From Cyanidioschyzon merolae (taxonomy: Eukaryota): a stretch of 64,000 nucleotides of DNA. Where the stretch lies: NCBI GenBank assembly GCA_000091205.1, contig AP006484.2. The stretch is one strand, 5' to 3'. The position numbers and the translations under genes are program-made. Shown here piece after piece: positions 10,428 to 21,206 of the stretch. The number at the start of each line of letters is the position of its first letter. Position 1 is the stretch's first letter. The notes below the pieces were generated by a model. That model saw only the letters and a list, made by a program, of their open reading frames with translations, had not been told where the DNA came from and made no database searches.

Positions 10428-12107
10428 ATGCTGAAAAACGCAACACCAGTGTATGTTGTGAACACCAAGTCGCAGCACAAGCGGGGTCGCGACACCCAGC
10501 TTGCGAACATTGCAGCGGCTAAAGCGGTAGCGGACGTGGTGCGGACGACGCTGGGGCCGCGAGCGATGCTCAAGCTCATCCTCGACGCTATCGGAGGTGT
10601 GGTCATCACTTCAGACGGGAACGCGATCCTGCGAGAGATCGACGTGGGGCACCCGGCGGCCAAGGCGATGCTGGAGCTGTCGCGCACTCAGGACGAGGAA
10701 GTCGGTGACGGAACGACCAGCGTCATTGTGCTGGCGGGGGCGCTTCTCCAGGCCGCGGAGCCGTGCCTAGAGGCGGGCGTCCATCCTACTGTCATCGTTG
10801 GAGCGTACATGCGGGCGCTCCAGGATGCGCTCTCAGAGCTGGAGCAGCGGTGTGCAATTGCAGTGGACTGGAACGATGAGGCGCAGCTGCAGCGCGTCTT
10901 GCGTGCCTGCCTCGGCACCAAGGTGGCTGCTGTCTACCGCGAGCGCGTTGCCGCCTGGTCGCTCGCAGCGGTGAAGCTCATTGCAGAAAGCAGCGCGCCT
11001 GCTATCACCGCAGGAGCCGGCACCCAGCGTCCGCTCGATATCAAGAACCTGGTCCGAGTCGAGAAGATCCCCGGTGGCGACCTCGATGATTCCGCGGTCA
11101 TCCGCGGTGTCGTCCTCAACAAGGACATTGTGCATCCGCAGATGCGGCGACGCATTGAGAATCCGCGCCTGCTTCTCCTGGACTGCCCGCTGGAGTACCG
11201 CAAGGGCGAGTCCCAGCTCACCGTTGAGGTGACACGCGAGGCCGACTGGGAGGCGCTCCTGCAGTCCGAGGAGGCCGTTGTACGCCAGCTGTGCGAGCGC
11301 ATCGCGGCACTGCGCCCCGACTTGGTTATCACCGAGAAGGGTATCAGCGACTTGGCCGCTTACCTGCTGATGCGGGCGGGCATTAGCGCCCTCAGACGTG
11401 TGCGAAAGACCGACAACGAGCGGCTCGTGCGAGCAACCGGTGCGCGTATCGTGTCGCGTATCGAGGAGGCCAGCCAACAGGATATCGGGACGGGAGCGGG
11501 CCTCTTCGAGGTTCGACGCCTCGGCGAGGAGTACTACAGTTTCATTGAGCAATGCACGGCACCAGGCGCGTGCACCGTTCTGCTGCGGGGCGGCAGTAAA
11601 GACACGCTGAATGAGCTCGAGCGCAACCTGCACGATGCACTGTGCGTCCTACGCAGCCTCTATGGTGACCGTCGCGTCGTTGCCGGTGGTGGTGCCACCG
11701 AGATGGCGCTCAGCCGGGCTCTGCTGCAGCGCTCTGCGCTCGTCGAAGGCGCTGCGCAGTGGCCTTATCGACAGGCAGCTGAGGCACTTGAGGTGATCCC
11801 TCGAACGCTTGCCGAGAACTGCGGCACCTCTGTGGTCCGGCTCCTTACGCGGCTTCGCGCAGAGCACGCAGAAGCCGGCCACTCGAACATTGGCGTAGAC
11901 GGTACAAGTGGCGAGCTCATCGACATGATTGAAGCGGGTATTGTGGACGCCTACGCTGTGAAAGCGCAAGCACTTAAGACCGCAGTGGAGTCTGCGTGCA
12001 TGCTTCTGCGTATTGACGACATTCTGAGCGCTGTTCGTAAGCGAGAGGGCAGCGGCACCGCCACAGGAGCAGCCGACGCTACCGAAGACGCCAACCCCAC
12101 GGACTAG
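10428..12107 (+). CDS. CCT3: T-complex protein 1 (CCT/TRiC chaperonin) gamma subunit
   Basis: Strong match to the CCT gamma N-terminus: 'VVNTKSQHKRGRDTQLANIAAAKAVADVVRTTLGPRAMLKLILDAIGGVVITSDGNAILREIDVGHPAAKAMLELSRTQDEEVGDGTTSVIVLAGALL'. The track ORF begins at 10266 with TTG. The first in-frame ATG at 10428 gives 'MLKNATPVYVV...', matching the canonical CCT3 start. Confidence 0.9.
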   Translation: MLKNATPVYVVNTKSQHKRGRDTQLANIAAAKAVADVVRTTLGPRAMLKLILDAIGGVVITSDGNAILREIDVGHPAAKAMLELSRTQDEEVGDGTTSVIVLAGALLQAAEPCLEAGVHPTVIVGAYMRALQDALSELEQRCAIAVDWNDEAQLQRVLRACLGTKVAAVYRERVAAWSLAAVKLIAESSAPAITAGAGTQRPLDIKNLVRVEKIPGGDLDDSAVIRGVVLNKDIVHPQMRRRIENPRLLLLDCPLEYRKGESQLTVEVTREADWEALLQSEEAVVRQLCERIAALRPDLVITEKGISDLAAYLLMRAGISALRRVRKTDNERLVRATGARIVSRIEEASQQDIGTGAGLFEVRRLGEEYYSFIEQCTAPGACTVLLRGGSKDTLNELERNLHDALCVLRSLYGDRRVVAGGGATEMALSRALLQRSALVEGAAQWPYRQAAEALEVIPRTLAENCGTSVVRLLTRLRAEHAEAGHSNIGVDGTSGELIDMIEAGIVDAYAVKAQALKTAVESACMLLRIDDILSAVRKREGSGTATGAADATEDANPTD

Positions 12108-13300
12108 CGAGCATCTGCGGGATGTTTGCAAGGGTGCAGCTGGTGTATCCACTAGACCGGTACAGTAGTCTGGGTCGTGCCGACTGCAATCGCGTTCGGG
12201 CATACGCTGAATTTCATGCGAGTTCGTATGCTTAGCATCTTCTTCACTCTGGCTGTATCGCTAGACTTTGTCATAGACTTGGTTGCTTCTTCTTTACTAC
12301 ATTTCTTCTCGTGGCAGTAGAAAAGACCTCTTATTCTCTATTCGGTGACTGGAGTTTTTGCTGACTGTGAGAGATGTTTGTATGTGCAAGCTGCCTACTC
12401 GGTTGCGTATCTGCTTGGAGACTTTCCCTGATAAAGATTCAATCAGCAGACAGTTTTTTTGCTCTTTCGTAGGAGGGAAAAGCTTTTGACAGAAAGATTT
12501 TTGTATTGAAGTTTCTGTGCGTTTGCAACTCGTCCGTGTGATCGAGCACCCAGTGAGACCATTCCAGATTATTGCAGTAGCGCTGTTCAACAGGATATGA
12601 ACCTTTTCATTGCCGTGCACAGTAACGAACTCGTGCCTTTCAGCAGAAACCACAACGTCTTGTAGAATCCAGTGTTCTGATTCGGTAGAAGAATGCTTGA
12701 CGGCACGGAGGTTCTCTGCTGGTTACGCGGCGATACCCATCCCTGGGAGCTTTATATATGGGGCATAAGTACGATCTGCTCTTCTCAACAGCAGCTCTTT
12801 GGGGCATGCGTCTCCACGTAACGCGTACATTTCCATTTGATCTGGACCGTTCGCGACCAGCGAGTGGACAGAGGCGGAGAACATATTCTCTGTGCATCGC
12901 TCGAAATATTGCTTTTCGGCGGAAAACGAGGTGCTAAACGACGCACCGCCCCGAGATGCTGTGGCGGCTGCCCTGCATAGCTGTTGACACTCGTGCCGCA
13001 ATGCGCTGATGAATGTTCGCCTTTGATTGTGCACATGAGCTGGGCATATCGAATTGTTGTTCTAGGGGCAGCTGCTCATTGTCAAAAACGAAAGTAGGAA
13101 ATTTTTAACGGAGAGGCAGGGGTCGTTGCAATCTGGTCGGGTTTGTGTCGCGGATGTATTCCACTAGCTGTTTCCAGTAGAGACGCCACAGTTTGCAAGA
13201 GGTATCCAGGATTGATCTTCGATTTATTTCATTTACGGTACTTTGACGGCATCATTTCAAAGCTGTACGCTTTGCGCATCTGTTTCATCGGTGCTGAGTG

Positions 13301-15328
13301 CTAGCTGCGAAATGAGAGACTCGAAAAATCGTTTTTCAATCTCTGGCTCGTCACATGCAGGAGCACTCTGACGCGGGTGGAGTGTTCGATACCGAGCACT
13401 TCACTTGCCCTGCGAATTGCGTCCAGAACGTCGCAGTCCAAACATGCAGCTAGAACGATAAGACGCTGGATTTCAGTATCATCAGGAAACCGTCGACTTA
13501 TGAGTACCCGGATGGCTTCCTCTTCGACAATTGGCTTGGCTGCACGTGAGAGCGATGATGATGCCCGTTCCTCGCCGAGCACAGCTACCAAGAAGCGGCG
13601 CATCTCACGTAAACGCTTTCGAGTGTGCGGCTCATGCAGAGGAAGCTGCTGAACATGGCTAGCGCGCCGCGTTCGATCTTCCGTCTCTGATTCGATGGAG
13701 AGCGCTTCGTCAATCGAGCATCGCCAAACTTCCGCGGCTACGGCCTCTTCGAGCTCCTTAATTTGCGACCAACCGAGGCCGAAGAGACTCCGAAGTGCAG
13801 CAAGATTTTTTGCTTCGTAAGCGATCATATGTGCGAAGATGGTGCTCTTGTACATCCGCGAAACATAACAGCGATATGCGTCGCTTAACGACTCCTGCTG
13901 CTCGCGCCGCTTCTGCGGTATCACTACTTTGCGCATAACATTCGTTACTTGCTCATTACCGGCAGCACATTCATCGATGCACGGGCAGAGCCAGTTCCGA
14001 TACCAGCGGAGGAGCGCATCGGTTTCGCGGAGTGCACGTCCGTAGTCTCGTTCTTTCATGAATGCATGGATATTGAAGAGAAATTTTTCAATGTGTTTTC
14101 GCGCTACTTCTCCGATGATTTGGGGGATTTGCCTCTTGTTCCGGTGATTGCATTGCTCGCACAGCTCGCCAAGGCGTCCATGTGAAAAGCCTTGCAAATG
14201 ATTCAAAAAAGCGGGAAATTCGGGTCGTCGCTCCGTTTCTCCCGGTGCTGATTCTGCTCTCGAAAGCGATGCACAGCGTATGGCTAAAACGCTGCCGTGG
14301 CAGTCCGCATAGAGCGCCTCGAAAAGCGGCGTTCCCGACGTTGCTTCCGAGCCTGGTGCCGCTCCATTCCTCGAAGCATCGATGCCTTCAGTTCCTGGAC
14401 AAGCAGCCTCGCGTCTCATGAAAAACCTCTGCAGCGCGCACCACCAGGATGCCTTAGAGGCTGCCACTGACGCGTGCTGCCCCGTTTCTGTCACCGTTTT
14501 AGGGGAAACCTGTGCGCCGTCCGCATCTGTTTTAACGTTGGATGATGCGCCCCTCGGTGGAGCCCATGAAGGTCCAGAGAGCCTATCAGAAGCAGCAATC
14601 CCCGACGATGATTCTAGCCGCGCATTGGCCACGGATGGCATAGAATGTTCAGGCTTCTGAACTTTCCGCGGCCTTCTCTGCGTCAGTCTAAGCGTGAACG
14701 ATATCATGGCAAACGGTACAGCGAATCCGAGAAGCACGAAACCTGCAATTGCTCCCGGAATTTGTCGCAAGATTGTCTGGGGCGACGACAGTGCTTCTAC
14801 AGAACTCTTTGCAAGCACACATGGGTTTTGCTTGGAGTCGGCGACGCGGTAGTAACCGGATGCTTGTTGCAGCCGCTGAGGTGCTACGCGCACAGATACC
14901 TTTTTCGTACTCTGCTCCGTTACGCCTTGCAGCGAGCCATGCGCGTGCGAGTAGCTATGTTTCAAATACTGTTGCACCTGGAGAGCAGCTTGATTCAAAA
15001 GAGTCTCCATCTTTACAGCGCGCGCATGCCCCGGTTCCAGCTGAGCGGTGACGTGGACTCCTTCGCAGCTTTTGAGTTGACCCTGAACGACACCACGAAT
15101 CAACCAGTATCTATGGAAACCTCGCCTCTCACACGCCGATCTAGGTCTCGCTGATGCAAAACGAAACTTCGCTGCTTGGCTCCGACAAGCAGGTACGAAA
15201 GCGAACGCCAGCCGAAAACTTCTTGGCATAAGTTTCGGGTAAGGAGAACGTTGCCTGTGGTCGTTTCTTTTCCCAAAACGCAAACCTGAAGCTTTTCCAC
15301 CGCCATTCCCAAAAAGCGAAGTTCTCAT
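13301..15328 (-). CDS. Hypothetical protein with one predicted transmembrane helix. Helical C-terminal half may be mTERF-like (very tentative).
   Basis: 675-codon ORF. The track start at 15334 is GTG, so it was moved to the ATG at 15326-15328. Contains a hydrophobic segment 'IPGAIAGFVLLGFAVPFAMISFTL'. The C-terminal half has repeated 'FLxxLxGFSxxxLGEL' and 'LRSLFGLGWSQIKEL'-type motifs reminiscent of mTERF repeats. No confident family assignment. Confidence 0.5.
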   Translation of the reverse strand: MRTSLFGNGGGKASGLRFGKRNDHRQRSPYPKLMPRSFRLAFAFVPACRSQAAKFRFASARPRSACERRGFHRYWLIRGVVQGQLKSCEGVHVTAQLEPGHARAVKMETLLNQAALQVQQYLKHSYSHAHGSLQGVTEQSTKKVSVRVAPQRLQQASGYYRVADSKQNPCVLAKSSVEALSSPQTILRQIPGAIAGFVLLGFAVPFAMISFTLRLTQRRPRKVQKPEHSMPSVANARLESSSGIAASDRLSGPSWAPPRGASSNVKTDADGAQVSPKTVTETGQHASVAASKASWWCALQRFFMRREAACPGTEGIDASRNGAAPGSEATSGTPLFEALYADCHGSVLAIRCASLSRAESAPGETERRPEFPAFLNHLQGFSHGRLGELCEQCNHRNKRQIPQIIGEVARKHIEKFLFNIHAFMKERDYGRALRETDALLRWYRNWLCPCIDECAAGNEQVTNVMRKVVIPQKRREQQESLSDAYRCYVSRMYKSTIFAHMIAYEAKNLAALRSLFGLGWSQIKELEEAVAAEVWRCSIDEALSIESETEDRTRRASHVQQLPLHEPHTRKRLREMRRFLVAVLGEERASSSLSRAAKPIVEEEAIRVLISRRFPDDTEIQRLIVLAACLDCDVLDAIRRASEVLGIEHSTRVRVLLHVTSQRLKNDFSSLSFRS

Positions 15329-18300
15329 GGACACGGGAGCCCGTGCGTTGCGTTTCCGTGCGTCGCCTTGCCTTGCTCAGCTTTTCGGAGGACCTTGGAA
15401 TACAGAACCCTTTCTTCCCAGTAGCGCGCACGGATGTGCAATGCTCGCGGGAAATCGTTATTTGGCGCGAAATCGCTAGTCGACAGCGGCGCTGCCGGCG
15501 GGGTCTCGCTGCTCAGCCATCGCCATGGGTCGTAACCTAAAGAATCCCAATTGTACATTTATAACCCTAATTGTACATAAATCGCTTCCTCGAAGGCCAT
15601 GGACCGTATCGCGAGGGAATTCGGCCCTTCATCGTCAGGGTCCTTGTACTCTTCCAGTTCAGTTGTGTTCCATCCCAGGTGCGTGTCAAAAAACGCTTTT
15701 TCGTGGTTTCTAACAGATATACTCGAAGTGCATTCATTAGAGGAAATAAAAAATGCAAGGGGAAGGTATGGACGCAGAAGTCAGGGATACTGGAGGACCG
15801 TCAATGCCGGATACAAAAAATGTAGGGATTCCTCTTCCGACCGAGTATCGACTGAAGTAGAGCAACTAAAAAAGAAGCAGAAGAAGGGACACAGACGAGA
15901 AAATGTGCTACTTCACGGGATGATGACCAGACTTTGATGGCACAGAGGGCACACGTTCGAGGAATCCCTGCCATGGAGAGTTGAACCAGAGGCAACCAAC
16001 GCATGGATTTCGTGAACCGAGACTTCAGCGCCGCCATCAATATCAGACGATTTGTGACGTTGAAGAAGAGACTCGAGGAGCTGACGTGGGCAAATTTTGT
16101 CCGGTAATCTCTCATGCTCGAAGTGTACAAGGAGAAGCTGAAGCCGACTTCAGGAGGCCGGTTGAAAAAGGCTGGAGTAGGCTGGGAGTGGATATTCTTT
16201 TAACCCTCGGTTTCGAAACTTTCTCGCTCCATTGCCCGAATACGATAAAACAGTTAGATGTTCGCTCTGCTCCTGCATGTAAATAGTTTATCCAGAATTT
16301 TCTGACGTGTACGGCCTCGACAATCGATGTGTAGCGATATGGTCTTGCGGATTGAATCGTGGTCGAAGGACCCGCGGTGGTATTTTCGGAATGACACGTT
16401 TGCAGCTTGGCCGGGGATATTCGATATGTCACCGGAAGCAAGATGATTCGTGACGTATTCGAATAAAGGTTCGTAAAATAACCGACATGGTCATCCAGTG
16501 GATATGTAGAAACCTCTACAATTCTGTTTTATGTACGCCCAGCATGGTAAAACCATGCATTGTCCTAGTTTTCGTGCTTGCAATCTCAAGCAAACTCGTG
16601 GGTGCAGCCATTCGAGCCGCAGATTGGATGGCGAGATGAGTCGACCTCTTCCCTCAACTACTAGTTTTCATGCTCGTGCCCATGGTCAATTGAACTCCTG
16701 CGCCAAATAATCGATTTCATTCGAAAAACAAATCCGCCAACGGTGACATCTACAGAATGGTTACCCGCTGCAGCATGAGACCCCCATGGGGTATGCTCCT
16801 CGAGGCTGCCGTCTCGTCTGATTCGCTCGAAAACGGTCATAGGCTCGGACTTTAGTTATCATAAAAACCGCTGCCATCGGAGAGAGCGTCACAGAATTGC
16901 AGGAAGCAAGCGTGAAGGGATCGAAAGTTCTCGACTTGTTCGCCAGCCTCGAGTTCCTTTTCTGTGTAGGTTTCGTCTTCGATAACACCGCGAACCACGA
17001 ATTCTCTATCAAATGGAACGACATCCGCTTCCATATACAGCTGATATACTACTCGGGGAGAAAATCGCCCAGAAAAAGTATGTGATTGCAGGGTACGGCA
17101 GCAAGCGTTGAAACAGATGAGGGCATCGAGGCGAGCCTTCTGTAACAGTCAAGTTCATGGATGGAGCAACGAATCAAGGCTCCATGCTCCGCAGGGCAGC
17201 GCTCGTAGGTGGAGACGATTTGGCGCCCATATAGGGATACTTGACTACAGCCAAGTGTGACCATTGCGTAGAAAACACCTAGCCTGTGCGCAAAGAAGAT
17301 GAAGATGGCAAGCGAGGCGTAGATCGAAGCATCCGCCTGCCCATGAACTGTGTTGACAACCACCGAAAGAGGAAAAATTGTATTCCAAGATCATCATCAA
17401 AATCTTTCAACTGTTAACAACGGAGTTGGAGAAAAAACAGACCGGCTTCATTAAATCCAGAGTTCCGAGAGAGAAGCTGAAGCAGTCGCAGAAAAAGAAG
17501 GCGAAGGCTATTCGGGATGGCAATTGGAACAGACCCAAATTTTCAGCGTGTACGCCTTACATAGCTAAATGGACTCATTCCAATGTACTCAAATATCGAT
17601 ACAGAACTTGCCGCATTCAGCGGAGCTGCGCCAGGTCGGGACCGCCTCCGTCAAAAAACGCTTCGCTACGTGCGAACCTCGAACCGCTGTCGAGTGGCGA
17701 TAAAAGGAGATGGTCTCTTTCTTTGGACAGTTTCTACCAGCTGTCCGCTAGATAGCGCTACGTTGCTTTTGATTCGCCGAGATTTCATTCGCTCACGGCG
17801 TAGTGCAGGTCTCAGATCCATGCTATGTTTAAATTGACTCTGGAAAGTTCTTGCGTTTGAACGCCATTGCGACAGGGCGAGCGCTCTGCTCGATGATGCT
17901 TCCGATAGGGGATGGATCCAACCAGCTACGAATGTATTGTAGTCCTCGGCCGGCGCAATAGTATCCTTTTATCATTTCGAATTGGAAAGAGCGCAGTGCA
18001 AAACTGCGTGCTATTCTCGTCGCAGCCTACTGGCCGAAAATCTGGAATGAGAATGATTGTTGGCGTTTGGACCCATATTAGAATAAAATAGCACGATTGG
18101 AAACGCTAAAGCTTCGGTTTCTTCCCTCTCTCATTAACGACAGCATTTGCGGGCTTTTTCTGCGAATGGTTCCTTGTTCTGTACCATATCCAAGGAAGAA
18201 ATCATACGGCCTTTCGTTTAGGTCCAGCTCCGTAATGAACAGTCGAGAGATATTGATGACGGCATTAAAGTTCCGATTTCTCCGCTTCTGGATCTTCTTC

Positions 18301-20202
18301 ACGCATTTAACGCACAGGCGGGAACTTCGATCATCGCCTCGCTTCAAAATTTCATCGTCTCAGCGTACACGCTCGGTGCGAACGTCGCAGCGGAGGCGCC
18401 TTACGATGGTCAGGTTTTCCCATACGTACAAGAGATCTCACGCGTTGAGGCAGGCCCTGTAGTAGGCGGAGGGTTTACTTCCTTGCCCGGTACATGCCAG
18501 TGCTGGTTACAGACGGCAACCATCTGTGTTCTACCCCGTTTCCATACACAGTGCTGCACCTGACAATCAGGGGCTTCATCTGTGCTCTCTCGTCGACGAG
18601 TGCTATGTCCGCTGCACACAGGCAAAAACGCACGCTGTCCCATTCGACAGAGGGTATGTGGAACGCAATACTGCCCCATCACGCAGAAAATAACGAAAGC
18701 AAAGACCACGTTAAAGATCAGGTTTTCAAATTTCTTACCGTGTACGCTTAAGTTTCCAAAAGCGATAATGCACGCTCCACTGGAAGCGATCGCTGGGGTG
18801 ACGGAAGTCCACTTTCTTGGCGCTGTTCCATGCCAGCACGACAGAAATAATGGGAGCGTCTAAGAGCATGTCCCGTGAGTGGTAGCATGCCTTTGCTGAA
18901 GCGCGATTCATTAATGGCTTCCAAGCAAGCGTAATGTGTCTTCAAACGGAACTAATTATTTAACATGACGAGTTCACTGAACTTCCGGCATGAGATTGTC
19001 ATTAGCCAGCACGGGACGACGTGTCATTGGTTCGTCCTCTATCCAATGGCGCTCGTCGCCGCGCTAGCGAGAAGCGTTGAAAGAGAAAGATCGAGTCTGT
19101 TATGGAGGTGTGATTTGAGCATGCGACTCGTAGGGAAAGCAGACGAAATGAGGCTTGCATGTATAAATTAGATCACGATATCGGTTACTTTACGACAGTT
19201 GTTCGAGCGCGTGCCGAGTCACCTTAATGATGGTCTCGGAACGAGTTCCAAAGGCGAATATTCGAGGCAACCACTCCAAAACAACGACCGAGGATCGTAA
19301 AACGTCGTCTGGATTCGTAGCCTCTTATTGCTGCACTTGGAATGTCGACGCTGCATATCTAAAAAGTTTCGGATTCGTTCTATAGTCAGGGACAGAGGGA
19401 GCAGGTCAATTTTCCATTGTGAACGGACCCGGCTTTCGATGCCGTGCAGGCTAGTTTACCGATTAAGAGCGCATCATACAGTGCAGAGCGGCGTGCTGCG
19501 CAAGAGCTCACGCCAAATCCATTTGCATGGTGAAAGCAAACTTTATCCACATCGAAAACGAATGCATGGCTTGGAAATATGGTCCGGAGCCTGTGCAGCA
19601 TTGCTTTAGTTGTCGACGCATGCGATATGCCGCTTCTACGCCGCTATTCAACGCAGAGATTCCGGGGAGGCATCGTCGCGAAACATAATGTCGCAGTCAA
19701 TTCGTGACGGATAAACGCAACGTACTAGTCAGCGAGACGATTGCGTAGCTAAGCGATGGCCATGACGGCAAGCAAAACTTGGGGCCGGCTGGGCACTCGA
19801 AAGAGGATTAGAATCCTGCAAGGCGCGGTGACGGATACAATCCTCACAGGCATCCATTGGGCCTCGCTTCGCACACGAGTTCTACTCCCGGTCCGAGGAA
19901 TCGACCACTGTGAAGAAAGGAAATTTCATGGTTTTTCGTTCCCAGTGGACAATGCTTGCATTCCATTTCGTCGCATTTATCCGATTTTAATAAATACTGC
20001 TTCTCGGCCAGTTTCATTTAGCGCCTTCCTGGACTAGTATCAACCGTCTTCAACAGCGAGAATTTTTTTTGCTGCCTAGTCCTGGCAAAAAATATACTGG
20101 ATAGCCGTAAGGCTGCTCTCTCTGCGCAGGACGCAAACATCTGCCAAAGACGTGGCTGCTCACCTCGGCACCCTCGAGCGTCGCGCACCCGCAGCACCGC
20201 GC

Positions 20203-20745
20203 TCACGATGAAGGCACGTCATTCAACGCTCGCAGAGCTCTGTTCAGCTCCTCCAACGGCCGTTCGCTTCTTCGTTTCAGCTCCTCTAGCCGAGTCCTCA
20301 GTGTGGTCACTTCATCGTCCAGCTGCCGTGAACGAAACTCCTCCTCGGCGAGCAGCTCACGCATCTCTTGAAGCGCGTGCTCCTTTTCGCGCAGCCGCAG
20401 CACCCGGAAAACGCGCAAAGGCGACAGCTTCGATGGTGCCAGGTGTCGGCGACCATCGACAAGCGGCGGTTGTTGCTCACATAAATAATCCAAATATTTG
20501 AGCTTCTCCCTCACACCAAACGCATCCAGCAGCAACGTTGCCTCACTTACGGCCGAGGGCGCCACGAGTTGCACAAACTGCTCGCGAAGCGCTTCCAAGC
20601 GCTCCGCTGTCAACGACCCTCCGTCCACGACACGCTGAAGTTCATGAAACGATTCCAGAAACGCACCCTCAGTCTCCGCAAACAGGTGCTCAACTGCGAG
20701 CTGGACAGCTTGTTGATAACACGCTAGACGAGCCTCGGTGCTCAT
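20203..20745 (-). CDS. Hypothetical coiled-coil protein (180 aa)
   Basis: ATG start confirmed. Heptad-rich, Glu/Arg/Leu-rich C-terminus ('LREKEHALQEMRELLAEEEFRSRQLDDEVTTLRTRLEELKRR'). Divergent from the LRR/WD40 gene, with about 460 bp between start codons. No family recognised. Confidence 0.4.
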   Translation of the reverse strand: MSTEARLACYQQAVQLAVEHLFAETEGAFLESFHELQRVVDGGSLTAERLEALREQFVQLVAPSAVSEATLLLDAFGVREKLKYLDYLCEQQPPLVDGRRHLAPSKLSPLRVFRVLRLREKEHALQEMRELLAEEEFRSRQLDDEVTTLRTRLEELKRRSERPLEELNRALRALNDVPSS

Positions 20746-21206
20746 ACGCGTTCTGGATCAGCTGCCAAGAATGGCATGCAGCAGCAAGCGTGCGTTGCCC
20801 GCCAACAGACGCACGCCACTGTCTCGAGTGCGATCGATGGACGCCGCCGGATCGCGCGCCCGAATTCGAATCGCACACGCAGGGGGCGTATGCGTCAACG
20901 CTCATCACGCATGATCGAGTGCGCGCTCGATGAACGGCGCGTGATCCGTGAGCGAGAACGCACGCAGTGATCGCTGCGCTCGATCATTGTTGTTTGATTC
21001 GATCGTTGTTGTTTGGCTCGTCGACGCACGCGATCGCCGCGGGCGCCGCATCAGCGTGCAGCTCGACTGGGTGATTTCGGCGGCAACGTGTCCCGCCGGC
21101 GGATCTGTTCTTGCTAGAAAGCGATGATGTGCGGTTAAGGCGACGCGACTTCCATAGAGTCGAATGCTACGATTATTGCGCGTATACTGTCGTTTAAGTG
21201 CATCGC

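Noticed and set aside
10833-11633. Long antisense ORFs overlapping real genes, for example 266 aa on the minus strand inside CCT3, plus 6133..6894, 8088..8648, 41115..41708, 33087..33512 and many others
   Set aside because: Expected by-product of stop-codon depletion in GC-rich coding DNA. They have no family resemblance and sit entirely inside well-supported genes on the other strand.
15555-15580. 'AACCCTAA' telomere-like heptamer inside a short imperfect duplication (aatcccaattgtacattta / aaccctaattgtacataaa)
   Set aside because: Single copy only. Not a telomeric array.
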